In this document: one piece after another, positions 25,750-38,700 of the stretch
How positions within the stretch are numbered: the first letter of the stretch is position 1
Layout of the letters: every line of letters begins with the position of its first letter
Assembly (NCBI GenBank): GCA_977017645.1
Contig: OZ360235.1
Location: 37,138,001-37,202,000 of the forward strand
Direction of reading: 5' to 3'
DNA: 64,000 bases
Source of the DNA: Torpedo marmorata
Taxonomy: Eukaryota
Program-made: the position numbers and the translations under genes
The notes under the pieces: model-generated
Told to the model about the DNA's origin: nothing
What the model saw: the letters and a program-made list of their open reading frames with translations, nothing else
Databases searched by the model: none

Positions 25750-25985
25750 GTACATAAGAAACAGAAACAGGAGGAGGCTATTGGGTCCCTCGTATCTGCT
25801 CTGCCAATCAATAAGATGACATTCATTTACATCAGTGGTACTTCCCTGCACTATTCACATATCCCTAGTTTCCATTAATATCTAAAAGTCTATTCAGTTC
25901 TGTCTTGTATGTACTCAGCAATCTGGACTCTACAGCCCTTGAGGACAGTGAATTCTACAGATTCACTAACCTCTGGGTGGAACAA
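25750..25985 (-). mobile_element. Old CR1 3' fragment
   Basis: CATAAGAAACAGAAACAGGAGGAGGC tail and ACAGATTCACTAACCTCTGGGTG motif. Confidence 0.55.
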
Positions 25986-26123
25986 GGTGTCTGGAAATGT
26001 GTACTATTTACTGAGTTTGTCTTGTTATCCAATTATTTTTAAACTGGTGGGTGAAACAGTGTCGGAGTGCTGCAATATTTGTTCTCTTGATTACTGTAGT
26101 GAGATAAACTGATATACTGTAGT

Positions 26124-26292
26124 CAGGGGTGGTCAACCTTTTCATTTTTAATTTATACATACAGCATGGTAACAGGCCATTTCAGCCCACGAGTCCGTGC
26201 CTCCCAATTAAACTACACCCCCGGTATGTACTCGTGGGCTGAAATGGCCTGTTACCGTGCTGTATGTCTAAATTAAAAATTAAAAGGTTGGC
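26124..26292. mobile_element. Fold-back of a SINE 3' tail enclosed by hAT-type termini (right end lost in the gap)
   Basis: CAGGGGTGGTCAACCTTTT at 26124; arms 26134-26194 and 26230-26290 are inverted copies of the SINE tail; ends AAAAGGTTGGC at the gap. Confidence 0.7.
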
Positions 26293-26455
26293 NNNNNNNN
26301 NNNNNNNNNNNNNNNNNNNNNNNNNNNNNNNNNNNNNNNNNNNNNNNNNNNNNNNNNNNNNNNNNNNNNNNNNNNNNNNNNNNNNNNNNNNNNNNNNNNN
26401 NNNNNNNNNNNNNNNNNNNNNNNNNNNNNNNNNNNNNNNNNNNNNNNNNNNNNNN
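26293..26455. other. Assembly gap (N run)
   Basis: Run of N. Confidence 1.
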
Positions 26456-27164
26456 GGTGTAGCTGAACTTAGTTCATAAATATCATCCTCAGTTTTTTCA
26501 ACCAGTCGTCATCATTCCAATCATTACATCAGGTTATGAGTGTTTTAAATATATTTGGACACTCTGAGCTTATGTAAAAATGTTGTTAATCATGAAAATT
26601 CTGTTATGTTTATGTTTTATTTGCTACCTTTTAAGAAATACTTTTAAAAAGTTCAGTAATCTTTCATTCTTTATGCAGTCAAAAATTAACAATTTTATAG
26701 CTTATTAAAATCTCCAAACATTTCTCAAATGGCCAACAATATACATGTTTTGGAATCATTTGATTATCAATCCCCCCAATCAGAAAAAAGTGTATAGGTT
26801 TCAGGTTTTTCAGAAATAAACTCTATGCATTTGGCGTTTTAATAGTACTCTCTTCTCACTATTTTTAGTTGTTCATCACCAGCTGAATGTCTCAACCAAT
26901 GTACTGTTCCAAACCCCTGTACCTCTAGCTCCCTGATGCTAGAAGTAGAGCAGGATAAAGCCACTAATAATATACAGTGGCAGTAAAACTCCTTAGTGAA
27001 ATCTGTCAAATAACTTCAAGAAGGGTAAATCATAAAAGATAAATCAGAAAGACCTAAATTTGTTACTTATGACACAGTAGTCCTGCATATATCAGAGCAG
27101 TAACAAAGATATCTGCATTAATTCACCAATCTCAATGTTTTTACATGATCACATTCAGTTACCG

Positions 27165-27584
27165 CAGGGGCCCCCAAACTTTTTAGACCATCGACACCTT
27201 CATGGAATCCTTGATCCCTCATCGACCCCCAGGTGGTGGCGCTGGCCGGGGTGGGGGGTGGAGACGCTGGCCGGGGGGTGGGGGGCGCTGCCACCCCGCG
27301 CCCCCACCCCCCGACATACAAAGAACACACACCTCTTTCTTCTCCGCTCCGTCCACCCTCCCTCGTCCTCCCGTTCGCTCTCAACTTATTAAAAGGCCAA
27401 AGTCAAATACAACATGGCGGCCACCAAGGCCAGCTCTTGCGAGAGGTTAGCCACCCCTGCCATAGGTGCTATTTTCCGTAGATACGCCCCTGCTTTTGAC
27501 AGCAAAAGTTCAATCGACCCCCCTGATGTTTATCGACCCCCTTTCGACCCCCAGGGGTCGAGATCAACCACTTTGGAGACCCTG
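27165..27584. mobile_element. hAT non-autonomous element
   Basis: TIRs CAGGGGCCCCCAAAC / TTTGGAGACCCTG, 8-bp TSD AGTTACCG / AGTTACTG (one CpG-type mismatch), repeated ATCGACCCC subterminal motifs. Confidence 0.85.
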
Positions 27585-27858
27585 AGTTACTGGAATGCTC
27601 GACTCATAGTAGCAGATGAAATAATAGATTAGGTGAACCTATTTCTTAAATGTCAACCTCAATATTTTAAAACAACAATCATCATTCCAATCGATATATC
27701 AACTTACTAGTGTTTAAAGAAAAATGAGCTCATTCATCTGGGTAGAAGACTGTCAGTATTAACCCATCAGATCAGTTGGAAAGAGGGAATGAAGGCTGTC
27801 AATACAAAGCAGTTCCTACATATAACATGTTACACTTTGTTCTGTTTTCTTGTGGACA

Positions 27859-27861
<3 letters not shown>

Positions 27862-27940
<79 letters not shown>
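27862..27940. repeat. (GT)n microsatellite
   Basis: About 39 perfect GT units. Confidence 1.
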
Positions 27941-27945
<5 letters not shown>

Positions 27946-30900
27946 GAGTTTTAGAAAGGCAGAGGGAGAGAGTGTCTAATACATATCCTTAAATAACTTA
28001 CAGTTGATAATTAACCTGCTGAAATGCAACCAACAGAAATTTCCCACAAATGCACTTTCTAGGGTATTCCTGGCTGTTGCCTTCACTTTCCATTTTCAAA
28101 TCCTGTTCCCTGATGTGAATACATTGGCCCAGGGCTTGCCCACATGGCAAACAGAGCATTTCCATCTATTTACACTTGCCTATCGATTTCTGTGGGGTTT
28201 TTACACAGCAAATTGCTGTCAACTCGCCATGTAAAATGTGCAGCACCACCTACAGGGCATCTGGGAGGGTAAACAAGCTTCCCTTGACCAATCAGTTGGC
28301 CAATCCCTAATGAGCACTGTCTTAACCAGGAATAGAATATTAGAATCGTGAAATCAAAGTTACAGTGCTGCAAAGGTAAAATAATAGAAAACATTGTGTT
28401 AAAATGAAGACAAAAGAAGATACCTAAAGAGATATTTATTATTTTAAAAGTTCCAATGAGAAAAATGTCCACACTCACAGAAGTTCATTTTCAGAGCCCA
28501 AGTGAACACAAGACTTCTCAAACCATTCAAAGAATAATTACACTAGAGTGTACAAGCTTTATTGTTTACAATTGTTTACTTTGTACTTATCAAGTCTGTA
28601 CAGCAGTTTCACCCTAATTATGAATAATTAATTCATGGTGAGAAGTGCTCTTCAGGATCTTGGCATAGAGCACAACAGCTTCTGGATATCGATATTTAAC
28701 TGCAAATGTGTTGATATCATAAGAGGTTGTACATTTTCCATGTAAATAATGGTGAATTCTATTGGTGTCATATCACATAGAAATATTAAACCAAATGGGT
28801 GTGTTTTATGTTAGCTACCTTGTCAAGGTATTTACTAAATTGCTGAATGTAGAAGCACATTACAAAATGGATTTGGGCAATGATCAGCTTTCCTGAATGA
28901 AAAAATACAAAATGTTATGTTGGGTATTTAAATATTCTCTGTTTGTTTTACATAAATGTTGGGCGTTAGTTTGCTCATGGGATGTAGATGCAGTAAATAT
29001 GACCGTGATTCTGAACATTTTCGGTATCTTTACTCGTTCATAAAAAAAATCATTTTATTACTCTGGATTAACTGGAAAAGCAGCTCGTCAACATTCATGA
29101 GAAGATTGAAGGCAATCAATAAGAGAGTAGTGGATCACAACCCCAGCATGCATGCATTCAGCTTGATTGACCACAGCTTGGAAATCAGTCTCCTACATCT
29201 GTAACTGTAAACTGTTCCTTTGCTACTTCAATTTATTTTAAAAAAAGCAGTGATAATAGATTCTTCTGGTATTTGAAAATAAACACTTTTTAACATGTCA
29301 GTAGAATAACATTGTCTCTGAATTAATATCAGCAGTAGTGATAGACATATGCTTGTTGTTTTGAAATGACATATCTTGATGAAGGGGTTACCTGTTTAGT
29401 TTAAAGTAGCACTTTAGCTCTGTCAAAACAGTAGACAGAATGATACCCGTGAATATTGACTGCTAGAAATTGCAACACTGGAGGGTTCGAGAGCATATAA
29501 CATTTCTTGAACTTTTATACTCACCTTTGATATCTCACTATATTTGCATCACAAATTGCTGGATCGGCAGTGATTTCAATATTTCACCTGAGACCATATG
29601 AACACTCCATCTATTGAGTTAGACCATTGTCTACTGAAGGAACAGAACAAAGAAAGAAACAGTGCAAATGTCTTTGAAGTCATGGAGCAGATTAGAGTCA
29701 GACAAAAGTTAGAGAGAGAGAGATAATGAGGAAAGGGGGAAAAAAACATTTCAAAATAGATGTTTCTATTTTATTTAGGAATGCTGTGTTGGGCTTGGAC
29801 AAGTTAAAGAGGCTTTCATGAAATAACTCATGGAATTTCAATCAATCTATGGGTATATTGTTACACTTCTTTCATATAAACTGCTGAATGAAAATTGTCC
29901 AAAACTTATCCTGTTCAGCTTCTTCCAATCTGTAACCACAAGATGCAATGAAAATGAAGTTACCAGCTAACCAGAGAAAACAAACTCTGTTTATTCACAA
30001 AAGAAAAAGAAATGGCATGAGAAACCAGATAATGTAACACTTTGGTCACCATTGCATCATGATCGCACTTTCCGTCCAAGGCATTGACATTATCAAGTCA
30101 ATCAAGTTAACTTTCTCCTTGCCCATTGAAAATTGTGTGCAGAATTGGACTGGTGTCCTAAACAGAACAATGAACTTGATGGACAATGCTCCAGTGAGAT
30201 CGTAATAAGGTCCATGAGCTGAAGCAGCACAAACTGTGGCTCTTGCAGTGACATGCCATGCCTGTAAATTTTTCAACGTAAGTAACAGATCCCTAGAGAA
30301 AATATGGAAGAACAAAATACTGATATCCAAGGAAGTTAAAGTATATTACGAGAGGAGAAAGAGGAAAAGGTAAGATGTACATCATAACATTTCTCTGCAA
30401 CACTCCGAATGCAAAATTTCAGCACATAATTTCACTTTGTAAAATTGACTGTTCAGCAAGGAACTACATTTTGCACATGGTGCAAACGTGGTTACATTGT
30501 GTTCATGTTCAATCGAGTATCAAAATGTGATATGGATTAAATCACTATCATCATCAATGCTGACTTTAAACAGATCTGTTTCACATGAGAGTTTTGTCAT
30601 TATGTCAGTACTTTTATAAGTTTTCAGCATATTAAGGGTGTGGATTATGCTCAATATCACCAATACAGTTGGGTAAGTTTTGGATCTTATTAATGTTTGC
30701 AGAGAACTGTTATTCCCCTTGGATTTATGCTAACAATAAACTAAATGTAACCAACATTCTTACCTCAAGTGATAAAGAAAAAAATCTAATACAGACATGG
30801 GTCAACAGTTCCACATCACATACTAGAAATTTTTGCACCAGTCTAATATCTAAACAAATAGAGGTACACTCCAATGAAGTATTCTGAGTTGTTTTTTGTT

Positions 30901-30992
30901 TCTTATTCTGCTTCTTCCTGAACTTCCACAGAGCTTGCCTTGAGTGACACGAGTCATAAAAATTATATGAACCTAGAAATGATATAAACCTA

Positions 30993-31248
30993 GTGGCACA
31001 GTTAGTGTAGTGGTTAGCACAACACTATTATAGCAGCAGCAACTGGGTTTGAATCCGGCGCTGTCTGTAAGGAGTTTGTACGCTCTCCCCGTGTCCGCCT
31101 GGGTTTCCTCCGGGTGCTCTGGTTTTCTGCCACATTTCCAAGACGTGCAGGGTTTGTAGGTTAATTGGTCACATGCGTGAATTTGGGCAGTGCGGCTCGT
31201 GGGCCAGCAGGGCCTGTTACCATCTCTAAATTTATAAAAAAATTAAAT
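30993..31248 (+). mobile_element. tRNA-derived V-domain SINE (HE1-like)
   Basis: Same head, V domain and tail as the 23017 copy. Confidence 0.85.
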
Positions 31249-31376
31249 ACGCATTGAATAAGCATGCCAACCATCCATGTTTATTTAGTCCATGTTTGGT
31301 CACTAGGTATGAATTGAAACTCAGATGGGAGATGTGTACATGGTAGCTGAAACATATTAAGCAGTGAGCTTAAAGT

Positions 31377-31562
31377 GTGAAAACACACAGAAATGCTGGA
31401 ACTCAGCCGGTCTCGCAGCGTCCATAGGAGGTGAAGATAAATTACCGACGTTTCAGGCCTGAGCCATTCTTAAAGGTGTGATAAGAGGAAAGGTGAGGAT
31501 TGATTTTGGCTCTGTGAAAGGAGACAGAGGGAAAAGGGAAGGAAGAGAGAGAGAGAGAGAGA

Positions 31563-31608
<46 letters not shown>

Positions 31609-31678
31609 GTTCTGGGGGTAAGGCGTCAGGGGAAGAAGAAGGGGAGGGGAGTTAACGGAAGCCAGAGAAGTCAATGTG
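31377..31678 (-). mobile_element. Penelope-like pLTR/3' UTR copy containing a (GA)n microsatellite
   Basis: CAGAAATGCTGGAACTCAGC...CCGACGTTTCAGGCCTGAGCC is the reverse complement of the pLTR; (GA)n at ~31544-31605. Confidence 0.75.
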
Positions 31679-31904
31679 TGAGCGGTACTTGGAGGAAGGA
31701 AAACAGCAGACACTGTGAGTGCTACTTTGGGGATATAAAAAGGAAACAGAAACTTTGATGCATACACCATGGCAAATAGAACACAAACCCAATGACATCA
31801 TAATCCTGTACTTCATTTTGCATTCACCTTAATTAATCTCCTGTGGCAGAAATATACCCTGCATAATGTCCAAATTCAGTTTGAAAAATATGGTAATGAC
31901 ATTT

Positions 31905-32150
31905 ACACCAATAGCCTGAATACGACTGGGATTGAATGATCTCAGAAGCTAAGCAGGCACAGGACTGGTCAGTACTTGGAGGGGAGACCGCCTAGGAACA
32001 CCAGGTGCTGTAGGTTTGTGTGAGGGGCGCTGGACAAAGTAGCGACTCTCTGTCGGCCTTACGGTAGACAAAAATTAAAGAATTTCATGTATGTTACATT
32101 CTAAATGTAGTATTACGTGACAATAATGGAACCTTTACCCTTTACCTTTA
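31905..32150 (+). mobile_element. 5S rRNA-derived SINE (5S pseudogene head plus LINE-type tail)
   Basis: 31937-32016 matches the 3' two-thirds of 5S rRNA (TGATCTCAGAAGCTAAGCAGG...AGTACTTGGAGGGGAGACCGCCTAGGAACACCAGGTGCTGTAGG) including boxes A and C; tail ends in (CCTTTA)n. Confidence 0.85.
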
Positions 32151-33935
32151 TGTTCTTAATTCAGTGTTTCTCCTTTGGAATTATACAAAGGTGCAGAATT
32201 TGCTGGACATTAAAACTCATAATATGCTGTTATTTGTTAAAAGTTTACTTTATGCTACTGTTTTTAAAAATCTTGTACCATTCACTATCTTCTGGTAATG
32301 TGAGACGAACAGGGCATTTGAACAGTGAACAAAGTGATCAAAAGACTATTACCCTAATATTTAAGGATAGATTAAAAAGACTGATATGGAGTGAAATAGG
32401 ATGAATTAGAATGAAAACAGTTACAGAAAGAAATATGAAATTAAGATTGGAAAATGAAATGACATTGTCTTTTTAAAACAAAATGTAAGACCAGCTTACT
32501 ACCGAAATGAGACATTACATTTTCAATATCCTTTGTCTGGGCTAGTTAAGTGCTATTTCAGGTACATATATCTCATCCACATGCTGTTAAAAAGCATAAT
32601 TTCTGACTCATGACAGAACGTTTAAATGTTAATTTTGTCTATTTCCATGTACAGCAAATTCATGAAACTGCTGGCAAGGCTGATAGCTAGCTCCCATTTT
32701 TTTGAAACGTAACTCGTTCAGCAAACTTCCAATGCGTGAGAGGTATCTTTCTCTGTTTCCACTACTGCAGAAATTACATACTAGTAACCACATAGGTTTT
32801 AAACTTGAGGACATTTTAAAAATAAATTCTGACTCATATTATTCAATTTTTAACTTATTGCTCCTTTTAGATACTTACATTTTCAAGAAGAAACAGAAGA
32901 GGCTTCATGATAATGGCAAGCAAAATTGCTGGCTTCCAGGAAAGTGATTCACCAACTGATTCAATCCATAAGAGAAGTCAGAAGTCTATTCATGTCTCTT
33001 TTGCTGGTATTATAACTGTTGACCACTGTGGTGAATGCATCTCTCAGTTTTCTGGTCTCGCAAGGATCATTTGCCTATAAATTTACTGGCTGTACATCAG
33101 TCACCAGTTCTCTACAGATTCATTGGTACACAACAGCATTATCTGCTCTAATAATTCTGTTTCTCTCTCTACAGATGCTGCCTGATCGACTGAGTATTTT
33201 CCGCATCTTCTGTTTCTGTCCCAGGTCTTCAGCATCAGTTGGTTTTTTTTTTACCTTTGGAACAAGGCAACCACTTTTTGCTGTATTCAAAGACAAGCTG
33301 CCAAACCTTGCAGAGTATTTCATGAATTCTCAAAAGGAGCAATAAAATTACAGTGCAGGATGAACAATATTCATTTGTATGCTGGTCATTTCTGGAAACA
33401 TTTCTGAACATAGTAGACCTTTCATTCCTGGTCTTCCAATGGCACTTACACTTGGCAAGCTAAACCTCTTTGTTGTGTTATACATTGTACATATCTGAGC
33501 TGAGACTCTGCTCAGTACAAAAAGCTGTACTGCAGTGTACTGCATTGCCATCTATTTAGCCTGCTTTGGTTTGTTCGTCTAAACTAAAGCCTCGCCTTCC
33601 TGATGCAGGAAATTACCTCCAGGGCTCTGCCTCTGGCCTTGTTCTCAGTCACATTGCAAACAAAATCCAAAACTCTTCTCCAAAATATAACAATTGGAAG
33701 GAAGAGCATTTTTGTTCTATTGCAAGGAATAAATGAATCATTCCAGACTTCACATATTTGGATCAAAACACATCCATGTTGGAGAGCTCATTATTTAGAT
33801 GATGGCACTTCACCTAAGTTATCCCATGCTTACTTACCTCGATGCCACGCATGACCCCACTGCAATAAGGGTAATAAACTTCCCCAACTACTTCTTCATA
33901 AAATATAAATGAGTTTACATAAAAATGTTTCAAAG

Positions 33936-34169
33936 CAGGCATTCTCAACCCTTTTTCAGCTATGGCCCCCCCAGGGACTCTGCTCAAAGTTTATGGGCTC
34001 CCTTCCCTGTGAAGCGGTCAAGTTTTGGTTTCTTCTATACTTCTCTCCTACCGACTACATAAAAAATAAAAAAAATATTTAAGTTATGTGAGGTGAAAAG
34101 AAAACAAGGCTTTTACTTAAATATGCTGTGGCCCTCAGGGAGCCGTTGGGCCCCCGTTGAGAATGGTTG
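33936..34169. mobile_element. hAT MITE
   Basis: TIRs CAGGCATTCTCAAC / GTTGAGAATGGTTG, GGCCCC subterminal motifs; TSD is degenerate. Confidence 0.65.
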
Positions 34170-34223
34170 GTTTGAAGTATACAGAAATGCACGCTTGTTC
34201 ATATTCAACTGTTTACATGTATA

Positions 34224-34407
34224 GGAGTAAAACATGAAAGTCTGCAGACACCGTGGTTAAAGTAAAAACATAATGCTGGAGAAACTCAGCTGGTCAAACA
34301 AACCTTGATGAAGGGCTCAAGCCTGAAACGTTGGTTATGTATCTTTATCTTTGCTCTATAAAGTACACTGTTTGACCTGCTGAGTTTCTCCAGCATTGTG
34401 TCTTTAC
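34224..34407 (+). mobile_element. Minimal Penelope-like insertion: inverted tail plus direct pLTR with hammerhead-like core
   Basis: 34227-34300 is the reverse complement of the pLTR 3' end; 34302-34407 is the direct copy; flanked by a 12-bp direct repeat TTTACATGTATA (34212-34223 and 34403-34414). Confidence 0.88.
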
Positions 34408-35498
34408 ATGTATACATCCTTGACATGTCTAGAAAGTAGCTTTCTCTGACAGAAATATGCCAGTGAAACAATTATTACATGATAAAGTTTTGCAGTTTTC
34501 TTGGAAATAAAATATTTTGACCGAAACATGTTCTGCTTGAAGTAATTGGAAATGAACATTTCAGTAAAATAAAAACATACTGGAGCTACAGAACCAATAA
34601 CAACAATGGTTCCAAGTTTAGTCTACCCATTTATGGTTACACAGTATATGCAGCAAAGGAACCGACTGCTCAAACATTTTTCGTTCGCTTCCCACACTTC
34701 CTCAACTATGAGTAACCACCAGTAATTCTTTACCCCCATGTGCTTATCAGCCTTCTTAAACTTGTGCTGATATTATATATAAGGCTGACAATGGAGCTCA
34801 CGGAGATCTGCAGCAATCTGCGGGATTGACAGATTGAACACTGACAGGCTCTTATTGGGGTTGGGAAGTCTAAAACCAGGAATTATGGTCTATGGACAAA
34901 GGACTGCCAATTATTCCATTCCTGGGATTTTCAGAAGAGTCAGCAGATGCACTATCATTGGGTCTATTCAAGATTGATAATCCTGTACCTTAGGGCACCA
35001 ACAGAATCAAGAGTTAAGAAGTATTGGAGCTAAAGTGGATGAAATGCAAATCAACCATGATTATACTGAATAACAGGGAAGGGTTTGGAATCATGGGGAG
35101 TAGCATGCTCCGATTTGTCATATTTTTACTTTTTGCAATCACTTTTATCATCAATTCTTGAACACTACTTATTACCAAAACTGGAAATAAAATGTTGACA
35201 TGGCATCATTACACTCTGATGCCATCCATGGACTCTTGTTGAGTGTACACTTCTGATAATGTAGATATAAGATGTGATATATAAAAAAAAATCTCCTCAC
35301 AGAATCAAAGACAACTGCAACATGCCAAATACTATTGCTAAATTGAATGGAAAATTGTGATATCTAGAAATGACAATACACAAAATTAAAACAAAAACCA
35401 ATTCACTAAAGCACAAAATAAATTTTGCATAAGGAAGTTTCAAATCATAAGGATTTTTAATTATGCATTTTCAGTAAAATTCTATGACAAAATTAATA

Positions 35499-35718
35499 CA
35501 GTTAAACCCCTGGTATACGGCACCTATGGGGATTGGTAGATGCTGGATAAGTGAAATTTCAAGTTACTTGAGATTGCATGTTGCGTGATTGGCGAACTAA
35601 CGGCGAGGTGTGCCAATTTTAAGCTTCTGTATTTTTTACCTATTTATTTTCTGTGATTTTTTTGCCAGTTGCTTGAGGCTGCCAGATGCTTGAATTACAG
35701 ATAACAGGGGTTTTACTG
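35499..35718. mobile_element. Tc1/mariner (Tigger-like) MITE, short form
   Basis: TA-CAGTTAAACCCCTG ... CAGGGGTTTTACTG-TA; inverted relative to 24895-25620. Confidence 0.85.
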
Positions 35719-38700
35719 TATTATATTGCATATTTTGAAGGAAAACTCAGTGATTATAATTTTTCTGTGTTTGTTATGAAAAAAGTTATTATTTTTCAGT
35801 CAGCTGCTTTTATCAATTCTACAACTTAAAATAATTTAACTTTTTTTCATTTCTGAAACATCACCCTAAGTTTTAAGATCAATTTTATATAATGTATCTA
35901 TTTCCTTTTATACAAGTAATATACAACAGGAAAATATTAATGACATTGAATGTTTGTCACCAAATTGGATGTATTTGGCTTGTATTTGCGTTCTCTGATC
36001 TAGTTCAGCCAAAGAAATCAAATCTATTGCCAAATATAGTCAACGATTTAAATGATCTTTTAAAGACAATTTATCACCTTTACATGTCTGAAAATAATTT
36101 TCAGTGACATGTGACAGACCACAGAAAAACAAACATCATCAAGATTGACAATCAGTTCCCATGTAGTCACAACTGAGTTTACTGCAAACGTATTAATTTA
36201 ACTGAAATACTCTTGTCAAAGGAGTAACATATTACAGGAATGCTTTGGCTGAAGGAAGTCATAGATGGGTGGATGAATGCCTTGGAACTTTGAAGCATCA
36301 CAATTCCAACCAATTTCAATTGAAGCTAAAGTTGAAATTCTAGGAAAATATTAGTAACCCATGATCAGGTCCCAAATTAGGTCATGCACAGCTGAAGGGG
36401 AAAAGGGAGTTTGTTTGACTCATTGGGCATTAATATCTGTACTTCAATCATTCATTTGATCCAACCATTTCAACTCAATAAACTATTTCTCTTTGAAATT
36501 TCTTCTTGAATTCTAAATGCAACCAAACAATAGTCAGTCTGGACTAACAATCTACTTGTAACTCACTTAAATCAGCCATGACCAATCACATGTTCAGATG
36601 ACAACAACATAGTTCCAGTGGAATGAGTCACTGGACATACATGTTTATCTTTGAAATAAATTATGTCTCTCTTTTTTTAGCCTTCTCTGGTGGGGAGGGA
36701 ATGAACCATTGTAAGCAGATTTTTACACCGTTGTATTCATTAAGCTGCTTTTTGGATGTCGCCATCAAGCAATTTAGGTAAGTCTATATATAGATCCCTC
36801 AGGTGCAGGTGTACGCTTTCCAACAGGGACTTGGTAAAATTTAAATAATTGTTTCATGCATATCAGCATGTGCCAAGCACCTGCAACATTACACAGGGCT
36901 CTCCCCAACGGCTTCTAAATTTACTCCATTCTGAATGATATAATTTCCAGAAAATATACTTCATATCCACTCATACATCACAATTTATTTATTCTTTGAA
37001 AACTTATACAAAATATTAAAATTGTAACACAACACACCCCAAAACACAATGTATGATAGTTTGCGTGAACATTCCTTCTAAAAAGCTATACTGTTTATGT
37101 TACCCCATAAAATTATTTTCTTTATTCTTAACAAGGACTGGAAGGAAGTGTAAATTTTGACATGGCGGGACAAGGGAAAGAATTAAAGCAGCAATCACAA
37201 CTGACCAGAGTCCAGAATTTGCTGGGAATGTCGTTTGTTCACAAAGTCTACACCACACTGGACCTGGTTCAGCACCTGCACACCCATTGTTGGATCTGCC
37301 AGCACACACACATAGGCAGAAACTGTCTGTAAAGCTCAAGCCAGTTTATACTAGATCCAGAGTTCCCAAGCTCATTCACTTGATTGAATATTTTACAGCT
37401 CCCATACAACTTTGAGCAGAGAGTGGACACAAGTGGATCGAGTGCTCATCAAATTAGGTGAGTGGCATTAGAGGATGGCTTTCCACACCACAAGTTCTGG
37501 GTCAATCTCAATAATGGTGACAAAGTCCATGAGCTCCCAAAACTTGTTGTTGGAGGGGATGCTGAAGGAAAGGGTTTGACAAAATGTTTTCCTGTTGAGA
37601 AGAGAAATCGGGACTATCTTTGCATTCCAGGATGGTCTTGGAATAATGAGTCATGAGGGATGATGTGTGCAGAGACTGTTAGCAATTTATGTGGTACAGC
37701 TGGAATGGGTGATGAATGGTTAAATCAGTTGTCTTCCAAATCTGTTCATGTCTATGTCTCTTGGGCTAACAGATAGGAAGGAAGCCAAGCAGAAAGTATT
37801 TGAATGGAGGAGAAGTACCATGTAGTCCCCCATACCAGTTATTTGATGAGAGAAACTTACATAAGAAGCCGACTTCTTATTGCTGCTTTTGGTTTCCTCT
37901 GTGGACTTGACCGTGTGCATGCTAAAAATGGGTATTACCTCCTTAGGATTGGTGGAAAAAGTTGTTGGATGTTTATTTACTGTATGGTGTTTTAGGAGAA
38001 CAATATGAAGGACACTCTGTCTTTTATCCTAAAACAATAATATGCAAATTTGCTAAGAACAGCAATTAATGAAAGAGTGTCTTGTATCGTGGAGAATAGA
38101 GATGTAGTGCTGCCACTTTGTTAAAGAGCACGAAACATATAAAAAACAGTTATAAAGGTCTTCAACTTACTGCACTATTTATTCTTAACCAGAGTGCACT
38201 GTGAAAGGTTCGCTCTATAACTTGGAGTTAAAATCCATTGCTGCCACAGAAGCAAATTTAAAGCATAGTTGGTTACTTTGCCTGCTCTGATTGGATTGCG
38301 CGGCTCTAAATGGAAGTGCTTCCTTCACGTTGCATGGGTTACATTTTTGCTGACAGAAACCCAGCTCTCTCTCTCTTCTTTGTACATGGGTTACATTTCT
38401 GGCAGATTCCTGCTGACAGATACCCAAGTCTTTCTCCCTTTGTACTATTTTTTTCCTTCAGCATTTACTGGTCCATATCTGAAATTTTGAGGTGCTTTAA
38501 TTCCTTGATGGGCGGCATAGACTGGTTGGGCTTGTGCAACCTGCTCCTGTGTTAATCACGCTTAAATTTGGCAAAAGAAAGGTGCCTTGATTAAAATGCT
38601 ACTTACCATGAAGAGATTTAAGGCAAGAATATTGGTGTACATATTTCACAACTTGTGTGTGCCCATAAAGATTTATATAAATAGATGTTAAGATGCGAAT

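Noticed and set aside
30046-30330. 94-aa minus-strand ORF as a host exon
   Set aside because: No recognisable domain and a weak donor site; cannot be supported without expression or homology data.
31937-32016. Functional 5S rRNA gene
   Set aside because: The 5' part is divergent, there is no T-run terminator or tandem array, and it is fused to a retro-element tail.
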